Notes: a model not told the origin generated them from the sequence alone. A stretch of DNA of 64,000 bases from Candidatus Poribacteria bacterium (GCA_022828145.1 JAJEJA010000009.1:31254-95253); one strand, 5' to 3'; shown: positions 1 to 9,610, counted from the first letter of the stretch. A program made the numbers and translations.

Positions 1-1061
1 TTGATTGCAGCATTGACATCTCTATCTATTGAGATACCACAACAGCCACATTGATATGTTCTTTCGGATAGGTCTAAGTCTTGCTTTTGGTGTCCACAAC
101 TACTGCAGGTTTTTGACGACGCAAAAAATTGGTCTACTTCTTTGGGGATTATACCGTGGGCTTCTGCTTTAGTTTTTAACATAGAAAGAAATCCGCCTAA
201 GGCACTATCGGACAATGCCTTCGCTAACTTCCTATTTTTCAGCATATTGGATACTTTCAAAGTTTCAATACCTATGCCAGATGCACGGCTAACTATATCG
301 GTTGTCGCTTTATGATGTGCATCGTTTCTGATACAGGCAATCTTATAGTGTAGCCTGGCAATCTTAGCATTTTGCTTATACCAGTTTTTAGACCCTTTGA
401 CGCGTTTGCTTAACCGGCGTTGACACCTTGCTAACTTCTTTTCGTATCGTTTCAAAGGTCTTGGATTCTCGTATTTACTACCATCTGAACAAGTTGCCAA
501 TGTATTTATACCCACATCAATGCCGATAACAGGGTGCGTTGAATGCTTATCAACTGCTATAGTGTTCTCTGTCTCAACAGTAATAGATACAAACCAGCGG
601 TGGGCAGTCCTTGATATAGTAATACTGCTAATCTTGCCTTCAAAACGAAGTTCTTGAAACATTTTTACCCAACCAATCTTTGGCAGCCTGAGCTGCTTGC
701 CTTTTATTTCTGCCGATTGATTAGTAGATGAAAAGGAATCTCTGATGCCTTTCTTCTTAAATCTTGGAAACCTTGCTAACTTCTTAACCCAGTTCGTTAT
801 CGCTGCACCTAAATGCTTATAGATACTTTGCTGTGAAACAACCTGATCCATATCAGCAGTCCAAGCATATTCTTTTTTGTAGACATTGAACCTTGCGTCT
901 AACTCGCCAGCAGATAGATATTCACCTGTTTCGGCACAGTGTTTTTTGAAATCTGCTAACGCTTGATTATACGCAAACCTGGCATATCCACACTGCTGTG
1001 CAAACCATTTGCGCTGTTTATTGTTAGGATTTAATGCGATTTTATGGGTACTTTTAGGCAT
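1..1061 (-). CDS. tnpB: IS200/IS605-family TnpB (OrfB, IS1341-like) transposon-associated RNA-guided endonuclease-like protein. The C-terminus runs off the window start
   Basis: Minus-strand translation starts MPKSTHKIALNPNNKQRKWFAQQCGYARFAYNQAL at revcomp 1059-1061. Near position 1 it reads ...CSSCGHQKQDLDLSERTYQCGCCGISIDRDVNAAIN, the typical TnpB C-terminal zinc-finger motif. No tnpA is adjacent. Confidence 0.8.
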   Translation of the reverse strand, partial: MPKSTHKIALNPNNKQRKWFAQQCGYARFAYNQALADFKKHCAETGEYLSAGELDARFNVYKKEYAWTADMDQVVSQQSIYKHLGAAITNWVKKLARFPRFKKKGIRDSFSSTNQSAEIKGKQLRLPKIGWVKMFQELRFEGKISSITISRTAHRWFVSITVETENTIAVDKHSTHPVIGIDVGINTLATCSDGSKYENPRPLKRYEKKLARCQRRLSKRVKGSKNWYKQNAKIARLHYKIACIRNDAHHKATTDIVSRASGIGIETLKVSNMLKNRKLAKALSDSALGGFLSMLKTKAEAHGIIPKEVDQFFASSKTCSSCGHQKQDLDLSERTYQCGCCGISIDRDVNAAI

Positions 1062-1182
1062 ATATGACTCTGTAAAGTTGCTGACTTCCATTAGTGTGGT
1101 GTGGCAGTTGCACTAACAACCACCACTAAGTCAATCCTATTAATATACCACACTGCATTCCTTATATCAAGCTGTTTGGTCT

Positions 1183-1226
1183 CCGTGTCTACATCACCGA
1201 GCTAAAGCTTCGGTGTCTTGACACGG
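1183..1226. mobile_element. Imperfect 44-nt nested hairpin immediately upstream of tnpB, a candidate IS left-end subterminal palindrome
   Basis: ccgtgtc (1183-1189) pairs with gacacgg (1220-1226), and caccga (1195-1200) pairs with tcggtg (1210-1215). There is no U-run, so it does not look like a terminator for the IMPase gene. It lies between the tnpB start and the IMPase stop. Confidence 0.4.
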
Positions 1227-1243
1227 GGGAGTGATAATACCAT

Positions 1244-2014
1244 TCAATTTCCATCAAAATATCTCATTACAGTATCATGCAGGACTCCATTCGTTGCTAC
1301 CAATGAGGCAGTGTCTATCGAAATGGCTTGTCCTTGTATATCAGTAACGCACCCGCCTGCCTCCCGCACAATAACAGTAATCGCAGCGATGTCCCATATA
1401 CTAATTGCTGCTTCAATTACAACATCTGCTCTGCCAGAAGCCACGAGGTGATAACTGTAGAAATCACCAAACCCTCTTGAACGCGCAACATCATTGATAA
1501 GATTGTAGACACCGCGGAACGTTCCCTTTTCAACAAACCATTTCAGTCCGCCATGACATATCATCGCATCTGATGATTGAGAAACATCTGATACTTTAAT
1601 CTGATTGCCATTCAGGAATGCTCCTTTACCTACTTGTGCATATAGTAGTTCATCTAATAATGGGGCATTGGAAACGCCAAGTATAAGCTCTTCACCTTTC
1701 ATCAGTGCGATCTGTGTTCCAAAAATAGGTATTTTTCGTATATAATTTTTTGTTGCATCAATTGGGTCAATAATCCATACGTAAGGGGAATCACCCTTCT
1801 CAATGCCATATTCTTCTCCCAAAAACCCGTGGTCTGGAAAGCTCTGTTTGATGGTCTCCCGTATCGCTTTTTCTGCTTCTGTGTCTGCACGTGTAACCGG
1901 GGTTTCATCCGGTTTTAACGTCACGTCTAATGTATCTGCGTTGTAATATGAAAGCAGTATCTCTTCGGCTCTTTTTGCTGCATCTAATGCAACTATTAGA
2001 AATTGACTATCCAT
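1244..2014 (-). CDS. Inositol monophosphatase family protein (IMPase/SuhB-like)
   Basis: 256 aa with the WIIDPIDATKNY motif and overall IMPase/FBPase-family architecture. Confidence 0.8.
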   Translation of the reverse strand: MDSQFLIVALDAAKRAEEILLSYYNADTLDVTLKPDETPVTRADTEAEKAIRETIKQSFPDHGFLGEEYGIEKGDSPYVWIIDPIDATKNYIRKIPIFGTQIALMKGEELILGVSNAPLLDELLYAQVGKGAFLNGNQIKVSDVSQSSDAMICHGGLKWFVEKGTFRGVYNLINDVARSRGFGDFYSYHLVASGRADVVIEAAISIWDIAAITVIVREAGGCVTDIQGQAISIDTASLVATNGVLHDTVMRYFDGN

Positions 2015-2112
2015 TAATTATTTCAATCCTATATAGTAAATTTGGAATTATCTAAACACATATCGGTTAGCACAGATACATTTCCTGACAATTCATTGCC
2101 CGTATTATCCCT

Positions 2113-2505
2113 TCAATGTGTTCTGAAAAACCGTCTTGTTATACGTGAGAAAAAACTACGATTCTCTGCTACAAGCCGATAAACTATCTCTGTTATTTTT
2201 GCAAATCCGGGTAGTTTCTCGTAAAACCAGATAAGCATACCATTGTCTAAGGCACGAAATATCGCTTCTGCACCGGAATAGACCTGTCCATCATCTAAAA
2301 TGAACTGTACCGAAGTCTGAAAATCAGAAATCGGAATATCTGAGAATTGATGAGAAACCGCTTGGTAGGGGGCATAGACAATACGATCTTTAGTCAGATG
2401 TTTCCACCGATTTATACAGAAACTGCAAAAATCACACGCACCATCATAGACAAGAGTATGTTTTGTGTCTTTTGATTTCATCGGATACACATTGGCATCT
2501 GCCAT
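2113..2505 (-). CDS. DCC1-like thiol-disulfide oxidoreductase family protein (DUF393)
   Basis: Has the VYDGACDFC motif near the N-terminus. The ORF track extends to a TTG at 2517, but ATG at revcomp 2503-2505 is the likelier start. It sits immediately downstream of the DegT gene. Confidence 0.55.
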   Translation of the reverse strand: MADANVYPMKSKDTKHTLVYDGACDFCSFCINRWKHLTKDRIVYAPYQAVSHQFSDIPISDFQTSVQFILDDGQVYSGAEAIFRALDNGMLIWFYEKLPGFAKITEIVYRLVAENRSFFSRITRRFFRTH

Positions 2506-2517
2506 GCTTAGAAACAA

Positions 2518-3747
2518 TTAATGCCACGCTTCTTTAATTTTTAAAATCGCTTCAACTATCTGATCCATGTCTGACGTTGTTCCAAGTAGCATGTTCTGAA
2601 ACAGCCACACACTCTGACGACATACAGATTCAGCATTAGGACACGGTAACGTTTGTATCCGATTAGGATACTTCTCTGCAACATGAGCAATGCCAGGTTC
2701 TTCGGACAAGGGTGAACGGTAACCCGTTGAGCATGGAATTCCTTCTGCGGATAATGCGTTGACAAATTCCTGTCGAGATTTATTACCAAAGTCTTCTGGT
2801 TCGTATTTCATACAATAGAGATGGTATCCATGTTTTGTTACCCAATTAGCATGTTTCGGTGGCGTGATCCCGTCAATCTGTTCCAAGGCATTGCTAAGAT
2901 ATAGCGCGTTTCTATTTCGTAAATTGGTCTGTTCTTCAAGGAGTTCCAATCTCACCAACAGTATCGCAGCAAGATATTCAGAGGGGCGGTAGTTCCAGCC
3001 GAGTCTTGGATATTCCCATCTTGCCCCACCAGGCGCGCGTCCAACATTCATGAAAGCACAAACGCGATCATGTATGTCCTTATCATCTGTTGTCACCATA
3101 CCCCCTTCACCAGATGTAAGATTCTTTGATGATTGAAAACTAAATGCACCCACATCTCCTACACTTCCCACTTTTTTGGATTGATATTCCGCACCGTGTG
3201 CCTGGGCACAATCTTCTACTATCTTCAACTCGTGTTTGTCTGCTATCTCTTGTAGTGTTCCCATATCAGCTGGATGTCCGCCTAAATGTACGGGTAGGAT
3301 TGCATGTGTATTGGGGGTAATTGCTGCGTCAACTGCCTCGGGATCAATCGTGAATGAATCTGGACACACATCAACAAAACAGACTTTGCAGTTACGTTCT
3401 AACACCGCGCTTGCTGTAGCAACAAAAGTGTAATTCGGTACAATCACCTCGCCACCATCGCTGAACCCATCAAGATCTAATGCCCCAGCTAATGCTGCAC
3501 TGATGGAATCAGTTCCATGTGGCATAAAAATAGCGTAATTAGTTCCTGAATATTGTGCATATTTATCAGAAAAACGTGGGATCATCGTTCCGCCAGAACC
3601 CTCATGACCACTAAAATAAACTTCACGAAGTAACGGTTCAATCTTATCATCCCACTCATCAATAGAATGATAGGGCCACGTCTTCCACGGTTGTTTTTTC
3701 GTATCCCTGACTGGAGTACCGCCAGAAATTGCTAACTGATTGGACAT
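2518..3747 (-). CDS. DegT/DnrJ/EryC1/StrS-family PLP-dependent aminotransferase
   Basis: 409 aa with the FSFQSSKNLTSGEGGMVTTDD motif (the PLP lysine region of the DegT family). Confidence 0.8.
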   Translation of the reverse strand: MSNQLAISGGTPVRDTKKQPWKTWPYHSIDEWDDKIEPLLREVYFSGHEGSGGTMIPRFSDKYAQYSGTNYAIFMPHGTDSISAALAGALDLDGFSDGGEVIVPNYTFVATASAVLERNCKVCFVDVCPDSFTIDPEAVDAAITPNTHAILPVHLGGHPADMGTLQEIADKHELKIVEDCAQAHGAEYQSKKVGSVGDVGAFSFQSSKNLTSGEGGMVTTDDKDIHDRVCAFMNVGRAPGGARWEYPRLGWNYRPSEYLAAILLVRLELLEEQTNLRNRNALYLSNALEQIDGITPPKHANWVTKHGYHLYCMKYEPEDFGNKSRQEFVNALSAEGIPCSTGYRSPLSEEPGIAHVAEKYPNRIQTLPCPNAESVCRQSVWLFQNMLLGTTSDMDQIVEAILKIKEAWH

Positions 3748-3987
3748 TCAAAACACCATAAATTTATCATGAGTTTGTCAAATACATTAAACATAATAGG
3801 CAGAACTTATGTCTAAATCAATCAATAAGTAACGTTTGGTTTAATTTTCTCGTAATATGCAATTGTATAACACATAGCGTATCTTATTTTAGAGGCAATT
3901 GCAAGTGAAATTCACCAGGATAGTTATGTGTCTTAAAGTTATTCTATTTTACTTGATTATGTTTTGAATAAAAAAGGAGTACTTAAA

Positions 3988-4905
3988 TTGAGGAAACAGT
4001 GTACATTACTGCTTATACTAAGTTTGGCAGTTATCGGTTTTACCGGTTGTGAAAACCTTAAAGGTGTTATTGGAGAGAGTTACCAACCGAGTATGAACCA
4101 ACCAGAAGAATTTACGCTTGCATTCGTGCAAGAGGCAATTGATTTATACAAGACTGACGGAATAGAAGCGACAGTAGCACATTATGGCAACCCAGAAAAC
4201 ATAGAAGGACAGTGGTATGTATTTATCACGGATGTAAATAACATTTATGTTGCTCACGCTTTAGCACCAGTATTTGTTGGTAGGAACATAGCTGGAATTG
4301 AAGGTGTTGATCGCTTGACTATTGGTGCAGAAATCGCAGCAGCAACTGAGGAAGGACATTGGACAGAATATATTTGGCCAAATCCTGAGACAGATAAATT
4401 AGAACAGAAACGGACTTGGTCTATACGATATGATGGATACCTTTTCGCTTCTGGCTATTATGAACCCTGGGCACCAGACCCCGCATCTCTTCTAATCGCA
4501 TCAAAGGACAACCCTGTAAGATATGCACGTTCACTTGTTCTGTCTGCAATCGCATATTATGAAAGTGAAGGCATCGCGGCAACAGCTGCATACTATAACG
4601 ATCCCGCAAGGGTAGATGGACAATGGTACGTATTCATTACAGATGAAAACGATCTCTTTGTCGCACATCCAGTCCGACAAGATTTCGCAGAAAACAGAAC
4701 TGATCTAAAAACCATCGTAGGTTCTGATGGATATGAACTCGGCATCGAAATTGCAAAAGCAACAGGAATAGGCCGTTGGGTAGATTATCTATGGCCAAAT
4801 CCTGAAAGTGGCAAGGAAGAACAGAAGCGGACATGGGCAATTCGCCATGACGGTTATCTGTTTGGAACAGGATATTACCAACCAATTTCAACTGATTCAC
4901 AGTAG
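3988..4905 (+). CDS. Lipoprotein with two tandem sCache_2-like (single Cache) domains
   Basis: Signal peptide with lipobox LAVIGFTGC. There are two internal repeats carrying GQWYVFITD...VAHP...WPNPE...KRTW..DGYLF..GYY, which is the Cache_2 pattern. The probable TTG start at 3988 is preceded by AAGGAG; the ORF track starts at TTG 3964. Confidence 0.5.
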   Translation: MRKQCTLLLILSLAVIGFTGCENLKGVIGESYQPSMNQPEEFTLAFVQEAIDLYKTDGIEATVAHYGNPENIEGQWYVFITDVNNIYVAHALAPVFVGRNIAGIEGVDRLTIGAEIAAATEEGHWTEYIWPNPETDKLEQKRTWSIRYDGYLFASGYYEPWAPDPASLLIASKDNPVRYARSLVLSAIAYYESEGIAATAAYYNDPARVDGQWYVFITDENDLFVAHPVRQDFAENRTDLKTIVGSDGYELGIEIAKATGIGRWVDYLWPNPESGKEEQKRTWAIRHDGYLFGTGYYQPISTDSQ

Positions 4906-4930
4906 TTACTTTAGATTAAATTATCCCTAA

Positions 4931-4972
4931 AAAGAACAGTGGCGAGGTATATTTACCTCGCCACTGTTCTTT
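4931..4972. terminator. Bidirectional intrinsic terminator between convergent genes
   Basis: Perfect 17-bp stem aaagaacagtggcgagg / cctcgccactgttcttt with an 8-nt loop, flanked by A-runs and T-runs on either side. Confidence 0.6.
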
Positions 4973-4992
4973 AAACAAAATCAACTAAGATT

Positions 4993-6111
4993 TTACTTCT
5001 GATTTTCTGAAGGTTGAGGATCATCCGCTTCAAGTTTCTCAATCAATTCATCAATCCTATCCTCTAATTGATTAACCCGCTCTTTTAACTCACTAATTTC
5101 ATTAGAATCACCCGTTGTTTTCTTGAATGTATCAGGATTAATTTCAAGAACTTTCGCTCCATCTTTTTCTATAATAATGGTAGCATCAGGATGTTTCTGC
5201 TCAAATAGTTTTCTAATCGCATCAACTAACGCATCAGAATCTGTGTCTTTGATGAGTTTTTCTATATGTAACTTAATATCTTCAATATCCTTTAAATTCT
5301 TCTCAAGGTTTTTAAAATTATTCTCAACGATTGCAGAACCGGAGGGATTAACTTTTATGACCTTGACACCACCCACACTAAAAGTTCCATTAGCATCCAT
5401 CTGATAGTTCTTAAGAAGCTCCTTTATCTGCTTAGACAGCTCATCAGAATCAGCAGAGAGTTCTTTCGTAAGTTTCACGATCTTTTCTGTGAGTTTATCA
5501 ACTTCAGCTGAATCCAAAAACTTCATAGATAAACTGTTTATATCTTTTTTCAGAACTTTAATATTATCAGAATCAACTATGGTGGTCAAATCGCTGTCAA
5601 TTTTATCCTTCAGTGCTGTAATGATTTCTGACAACTCCCCAACATCTAAATCCTTACCCTTGACAATCTTTGACTTACCATCAGGAGTTATTGTATAAAC
5701 AACCCAACCATCTTCTCCATCTAACTTGACAGAATCAACGAATTCAACTTCAACATCCTTGATGTTATCAAGCCCTTTAAACAATTCCTCTATTTTTTTT
5801 GTTAACTTTTCAAAATCAGAAGTCTTCCTATCAAACTCATCATCGGAAAGTTCCTTAGCGGATTCTGTGATTACCTTAACCTTCTCATGAATCTCATCAA
5901 CCTTATTCTCAACTTCAACAACATCCGTTTGATTATTTGTGTCTTCATCAGACTCGGTACTATCTTCATTAATCTCAGTTTCATGCGGTGTCTCAGATTC
6001 TTCAGTCGTGTTTGCATCTTCAGGTGTTCCAACATCTGAATTAACCATGAATGCAGTCACTCCCAGAAGTAACACAAGCATGAACATAGCGACTAAACTT
6101 CTTATTTTCAT
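4993..6111 (-). CDS. Secreted acidic low-complexity protein (E/D/K-rich, coiled-coil-like), function unknown
   Basis: N-terminal signal peptide MKIRSLVAMFMLVLLLGVTAFMVNS. No recognisable domain. Confidence 0.5.
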   Translation of the reverse strand: MKIRSLVAMFMLVLLLGVTAFMVNSDVGTPEDANTTEESETPHETEINEDSTESDEDTNNQTDVVEVENKVDEIHEKVKVITESAKELSDDEFDRKTSDFEKLTKKIEELFKGLDNIKDVEVEFVDSVKLDGEDGWVVYTITPDGKSKIVKGKDLDVGELSEIITALKDKIDSDLTTIVDSDNIKVLKKDINSLSMKFLDSAEVDKLTEKIVKLTKELSADSDELSKQIKELLKNYQMDANGTFSVGGVKVIKVNPSGSAIVENNFKNLEKNLKDIEDIKLHIEKLIKDTDSDALVDAIRKLFEQKHPDATIIIEKDGAKVLEINPDTFKKTTGDSNEISELKERVNQLEDRIDELIEKLEADDPQPSENQK

Positions 6112-6154
6112 TTTATGCTCCTTTTATGTTGACTATAAAAAATCTAAACAAACT

Positions 6155-6183
6155 CGGTAGGTTCGGTTTCCTAACCGAACCGG
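6155..6183. repeat. Palindromic intergenic repeat family A (CGGTAGGTTCGGTTTCCTAACCGAACCGG)
   Basis: The same 29-30 nt hairpin element recurs at 18073, 18235 and four times at 42377-42594. Confidence 0.8.
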
Positions 6184-6218
6184 ACTATAAAGAAAATTAG
6201 CGATTGGATCAGTGGAAT

Positions 6219-6260
6219 CTTCCAGCCTTCCAGCCTTACTCCCTTCCAGCCTTCAACCTT
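6219..6260. repeat. Short tandem CTTCCAGCCTT-type repeats x3
   Basis: cttccagccttccagccttactcccttccagccttcaacctt. It shares the CTTCCA core with the octamer array at 11541. Confidence 0.6.
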
Positions 6261-6291
6261 TAAGTTTTATACACTAATTATTGAAAATAGT

Positions 6292-7365
6292 TCAATTTTT
6301 TTCGGAGCGTCTCATCAATTCAAGAATTGCAGTTATCGCCTTATCTGCATCTTGGAGTCTGTTTATGGAAGTATCTGAGTCAAATGAATGCGTAATTGCA
6401 TCTTGCAGCTCTTTCATCTTTATAAGCGTGAGAATACCGTTCTCTTCCATATAGTGATAGGTGTTATATCTTTTTGGCAGACGGTGTGTTTTATGCGTAA
6501 ACTCCAAAACGAATACGTTTCTGCCACTACTGGCAGCTTCACAGACCATCGAAAAACTGTCTGCACTCACGATTAGGATATCGCTCAATGCGAGAATCGC
6601 CTGATACGGATCGTCTATTGTAGATACTGTATCGGGTGTGACAAAAATTGGACACCACTCCTCTTTTTCAAAGTTCGACATCAGAAATTGTGTTACTTCA
6701 GGAGGTGTGCGGCGAGAAGTTGTCAGCAGAATTTGTAAGCGGTGAGTAGTTGCGAGGCTCTTACACACATTATATAATTCTTTTGCATCCGACAATGAAA
6801 TAGTCTCGTGTTTATCTGTTCCACCAATCAGCAGACCGATACGTCTTTGGTGCTTTAGTTTCAGTACATTCTGAAGAATACCTCGTTCAGAATTTAATAC
6901 TTCCACCGAAATAGGATTTGGGATACCGATAGTTTGGCAGATGGTCGGTCTGTTTTTCTGTTTTTTCCAATACACCATTGGGAGTATGGCGAGGTTAAAA
7001 TGACGAACGCCTAAAGGAGAAGGGCGTAGGCAAGTAACTGTTTTAGCATTTAGCAACCTTCCCAGAAGCAAATTGACTGAGGCGACTGATGAACCTGTAG
7101 AGAGAATTAAGTCTGCTTCTTGAAGGAGGTATAATGAATTGTAAGAATCGGAATCAAGACACCGTCGCAAGAGACTATGAACGAGGGATGCTGGTAACGC
7201 TATTCCCCCAAACACACACATGAATATCCGCAGTAAGTTATCACGCCATTTACTTTTAAATACAATATCAATCCATTCTGAATCACAATCAGGAATATTT
7301 TGGATGATGCCCAGGGATTGTTTATAATGTCCTGGTTTCTTATCACTTAAGACGACTATTTTCAT
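6292..7365 (-). CDS. ELM1/DUF1022-like putative glycosyltransferase-fold protein
   Basis: N-terminus KIVVLSDKKPGHYKQSLGI and an internal TSRRTP motif resemble the ELM1/DUF1022 family. The assignment is tentative. Confidence 0.4.
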   Translation of the reverse strand: MKIVVLSDKKPGHYKQSLGIIQNIPDCDSEWIDIVFKSKWRDNLLRIFMCVFGGIALPASLVHSLLRRCLDSDSYNSLYLLQEADLILSTGSSVASVNLLLGRLLNAKTVTCLRPSPLGVRHFNLAILPMVYWKKQKNRPTICQTIGIPNPISVEVLNSERGILQNVLKLKHQRRIGLLIGGTDKHETISLSDAKELYNVCKSLATTHRLQILLTTSRRTPPEVTQFLMSNFEKEEWCPIFVTPDTVSTIDDPYQAILALSDILIVSADSFSMVCEAASSGRNVFVLEFTHKTHRLPKRYNTYHYMEENGILTLIKMKELQDAITHSFDSDTSINRLQDADKAITAILELMRRSEKN

Positions 7366-7983
7366 AAATGATGGTAGCGATAAAAATGGTCAGTAACTTC
7401 ATGAAAGGCGGAATGGCACAGAGATAAGGACTCTGTGCCACCCCTGAACTCTGACAAGTTCAGGTTGCCATAGTTTGTGATAAATGTATCAGTTACGTGG
7501 GTTCATGTCAAGTATATCACGACATAAACATTGAAGTTAACAATACGTTATCACAGGGACCCATAATAATAGTGTTGATTTTAACGTATAAGATAAAAGC
7601 AACGTATAATTTATTATGAGAGTTTAGTAGTGGGAGATAGAGCCTTCTACCTCCCTGGCAACCTTTGTATAAGTTATAATAACATATCTATTTTTGTATG
7701 TCAAGTTTAAATTTATACTGACTTAGCCAGTTTTTGGAAGTATGTTTTATCCTGAATGAAACAATGAAGTTGCCGGTTGCCATTAGTCGTTGTTTGCCTG
7801 CTGTAAAACAATAGTAGTGTATGATTGACTTTCTCACGCTAGCTATATGAAAACACTGATAAACAAAGGTATTCAGAAAAACTGGGGCAAGTCAGTAAAA
7901 ACTGGCATCAAAGACACGGAATATCTCTGTTGAGACCGTTATTTTGTTGGTTTTATAGAAGGAGCCAGAAACAGGTATATATC

Positions 7984-9348
7984 TTATGCAAATCCAATAT
8001 ATCTTGCGATGAAGAATACTGCGAAATAGTGAACAAGCGGATTTACTTCATTATGACGTCCAGTGACTATCTTCAAAAACGAGATAGAAATAAAACCGAT
8101 TGCGATTCCATCCGTTATACTGAAGGTAAGCGGCATCATAAACACGGTCAACGCAGCGGGGATTGCCTCAGTAAAATCATCCCAATTGATGTTCACGAGG
8201 TCTTTTAACATCAAACAACCAACAACAATTAGGGCAGGACCAATAATTGGATGGAGTTGCATAGTTTTTGTTATAGGATTATTATTGATGATTACAGTGT
8301 GATCATATAGAACTTCTCCACCAACAATATTAATTAAAGGTGAGAAAAATACAGCAAGTAACATCAAAAGACCAACAACAATTGCAGTGAGACCGGTACG
8401 TCCTCCCTCAGCAATACCGGAAGCACTCTCAATATAACACGTAACCGTTGAAGTTCCGAGACATGCCCCACCAACTGAACCGATCGCGTCTGTCAAGAGG
8501 GCTTGTCGACCTTTAGAAAGTTTGCCATCATCAAGAAGACCCGCCTCATGACCTGTGGCAGTAAGCGTGCCGATACTATCAAACATATCCACAGAAAAGA
8601 AAACAAAAATAATAGGAATTAACTCAACCTTGCTAAAGATGTCTGGAAAACGTAGTTTAAAAAACGTTGGCTCTATGGGTGGAGGGGCAGAAACGACACC
8701 ATTGAATTTGACAAGTCCAAAGAGTAAAGATAGGATAGTTGTGGCGAGAATTCCCATTAGAATAGCTCCCTTTACTCGATGAGCCATAAGTGTCAATGTA
8801 ATTAGTATACCAAAGATTGATATCAGCACAGGTTTTGAATGGATTTCACCGAGCGAAACAAACGTAGCACCGTGTAACGTAACGATACCACTCATTTGCA
8901 AACCAATGAGCGCAATGAACACCCCTATTCCGACCGCAATAGCATTGCGTAGTGAAGAAGGGAGGGCATTCATTACGGCAGCACGCAAACCGACAAATGA
9001 AAGTATCGCGAACAGCATGCCCGATATAAAAACGATGCCTAATGCATCTTGCCAAGCCAAGTTCAAGTCTCTCCCTAAGCAGACCTCAAAGACAAAATAG
9101 GCATTTATACTCATACCGGGTGCAAGGGCAATAGGATAATTCGTTAGAAATGCCATCAAGAATGTCGCACCTGCACTTGATAGACAAGTTGCCATCATTA
9201 CAGCGTCTGCATCCATACCTGCTTTCGCTAAAAGCGCAGGTTGGTAGAATATGATGTATGAGAGAGACATGAATGTTGTAAACCCAGCGACTATCTCTCG
9301 TCGAACAGAAGTATGGTTTTCTTTTATTTTAAATAACTTTTCTAACAT
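7984..9348 (-). CDS. NCS2-family purine permease (AzgA/PbuG-like adenine/guanine/hypoxanthine permease)
   Basis: 454-aa polytopic membrane protein with the typical AzgA N-terminus ...REIVAGFTTFMSLSYIIFYQPALL. Confidence 0.8.
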   Translation of the reverse strand: MLEKLFKIKENHTSVRREIVAGFTTFMSLSYIIFYQPALLAKAGMDADAVMMATCLSSAGATFLMAFLTNYPIALAPGMSINAYFVFEVCLGRDLNLAWQDALGIVFISGMLFAILSFVGLRAAVMNALPSSLRNAIAVGIGVFIALIGLQMSGIVTLHGATFVSLGEIHSKPVLISIFGILITLTLMAHRVKGAILMGILATTILSLLFGLVKFNGVVSAPPPIEPTFFKLRFPDIFSKVELIPIIFVFFSVDMFDSIGTLTATGHEAGLLDDGKLSKGRQALLTDAIGSVGGACLGTSTVTCYIESASGIAEGGRTGLTAIVVGLLMLLAVFFSPLINIVGGEVLYDHTVIINNNPITKTMQLHPIIGPALIVVGCLMLKDLVNINWDDFTEAIPAALTVFMMPLTFSITDGIAIGFISISFLKIVTGRHNEVNPLVHYFAVFFIARYIGFA

Positions 9349-9507
9349 AGCCTCTCCCCCTATTGTTAGTGAAATGCAATACAGTTAGTCTCTAATGAAA
9401 ACCAAAGAAGATTACTGGAGCTGCGAAATTGCGATCTGTACCGTAGATCTCTATCTGATGTGAATTCTCTACGGCACAGAACACAGTGGACAGTTCAAGT
9501 CAAACTT

Positions 9508-9610
9508 GTAGGTCGGGTAGAGCGAAGCGCCAATAAAATATTAACTGGCGACATGATAGACACAATCAATACGTGTCGGGTTTCGTTCCTCTACCCGACC
9601 TACATTTTTT
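9508..9610. repeat. Inverted-repeat element family C (GTAGGTCGGGTAGAGGAACGAAACCCGACA) followed by a T-run
   Basis: Left arm gtaggtcgggtagag at 9508-9522; right arm tgtcgggtttcgttcctctacccgacctac at 9574-9603, then tttttt. The same family forms a perfect 35-bp inverted repeat at 59482-59575. Confidence 0.7.

Noticed and set aside
1218-1451. 77-aa plus-strand ORF
   Set aside because: It lies entirely antisense within the well-supported IMPase gene and the TnpB left-end region, and there is no SD.
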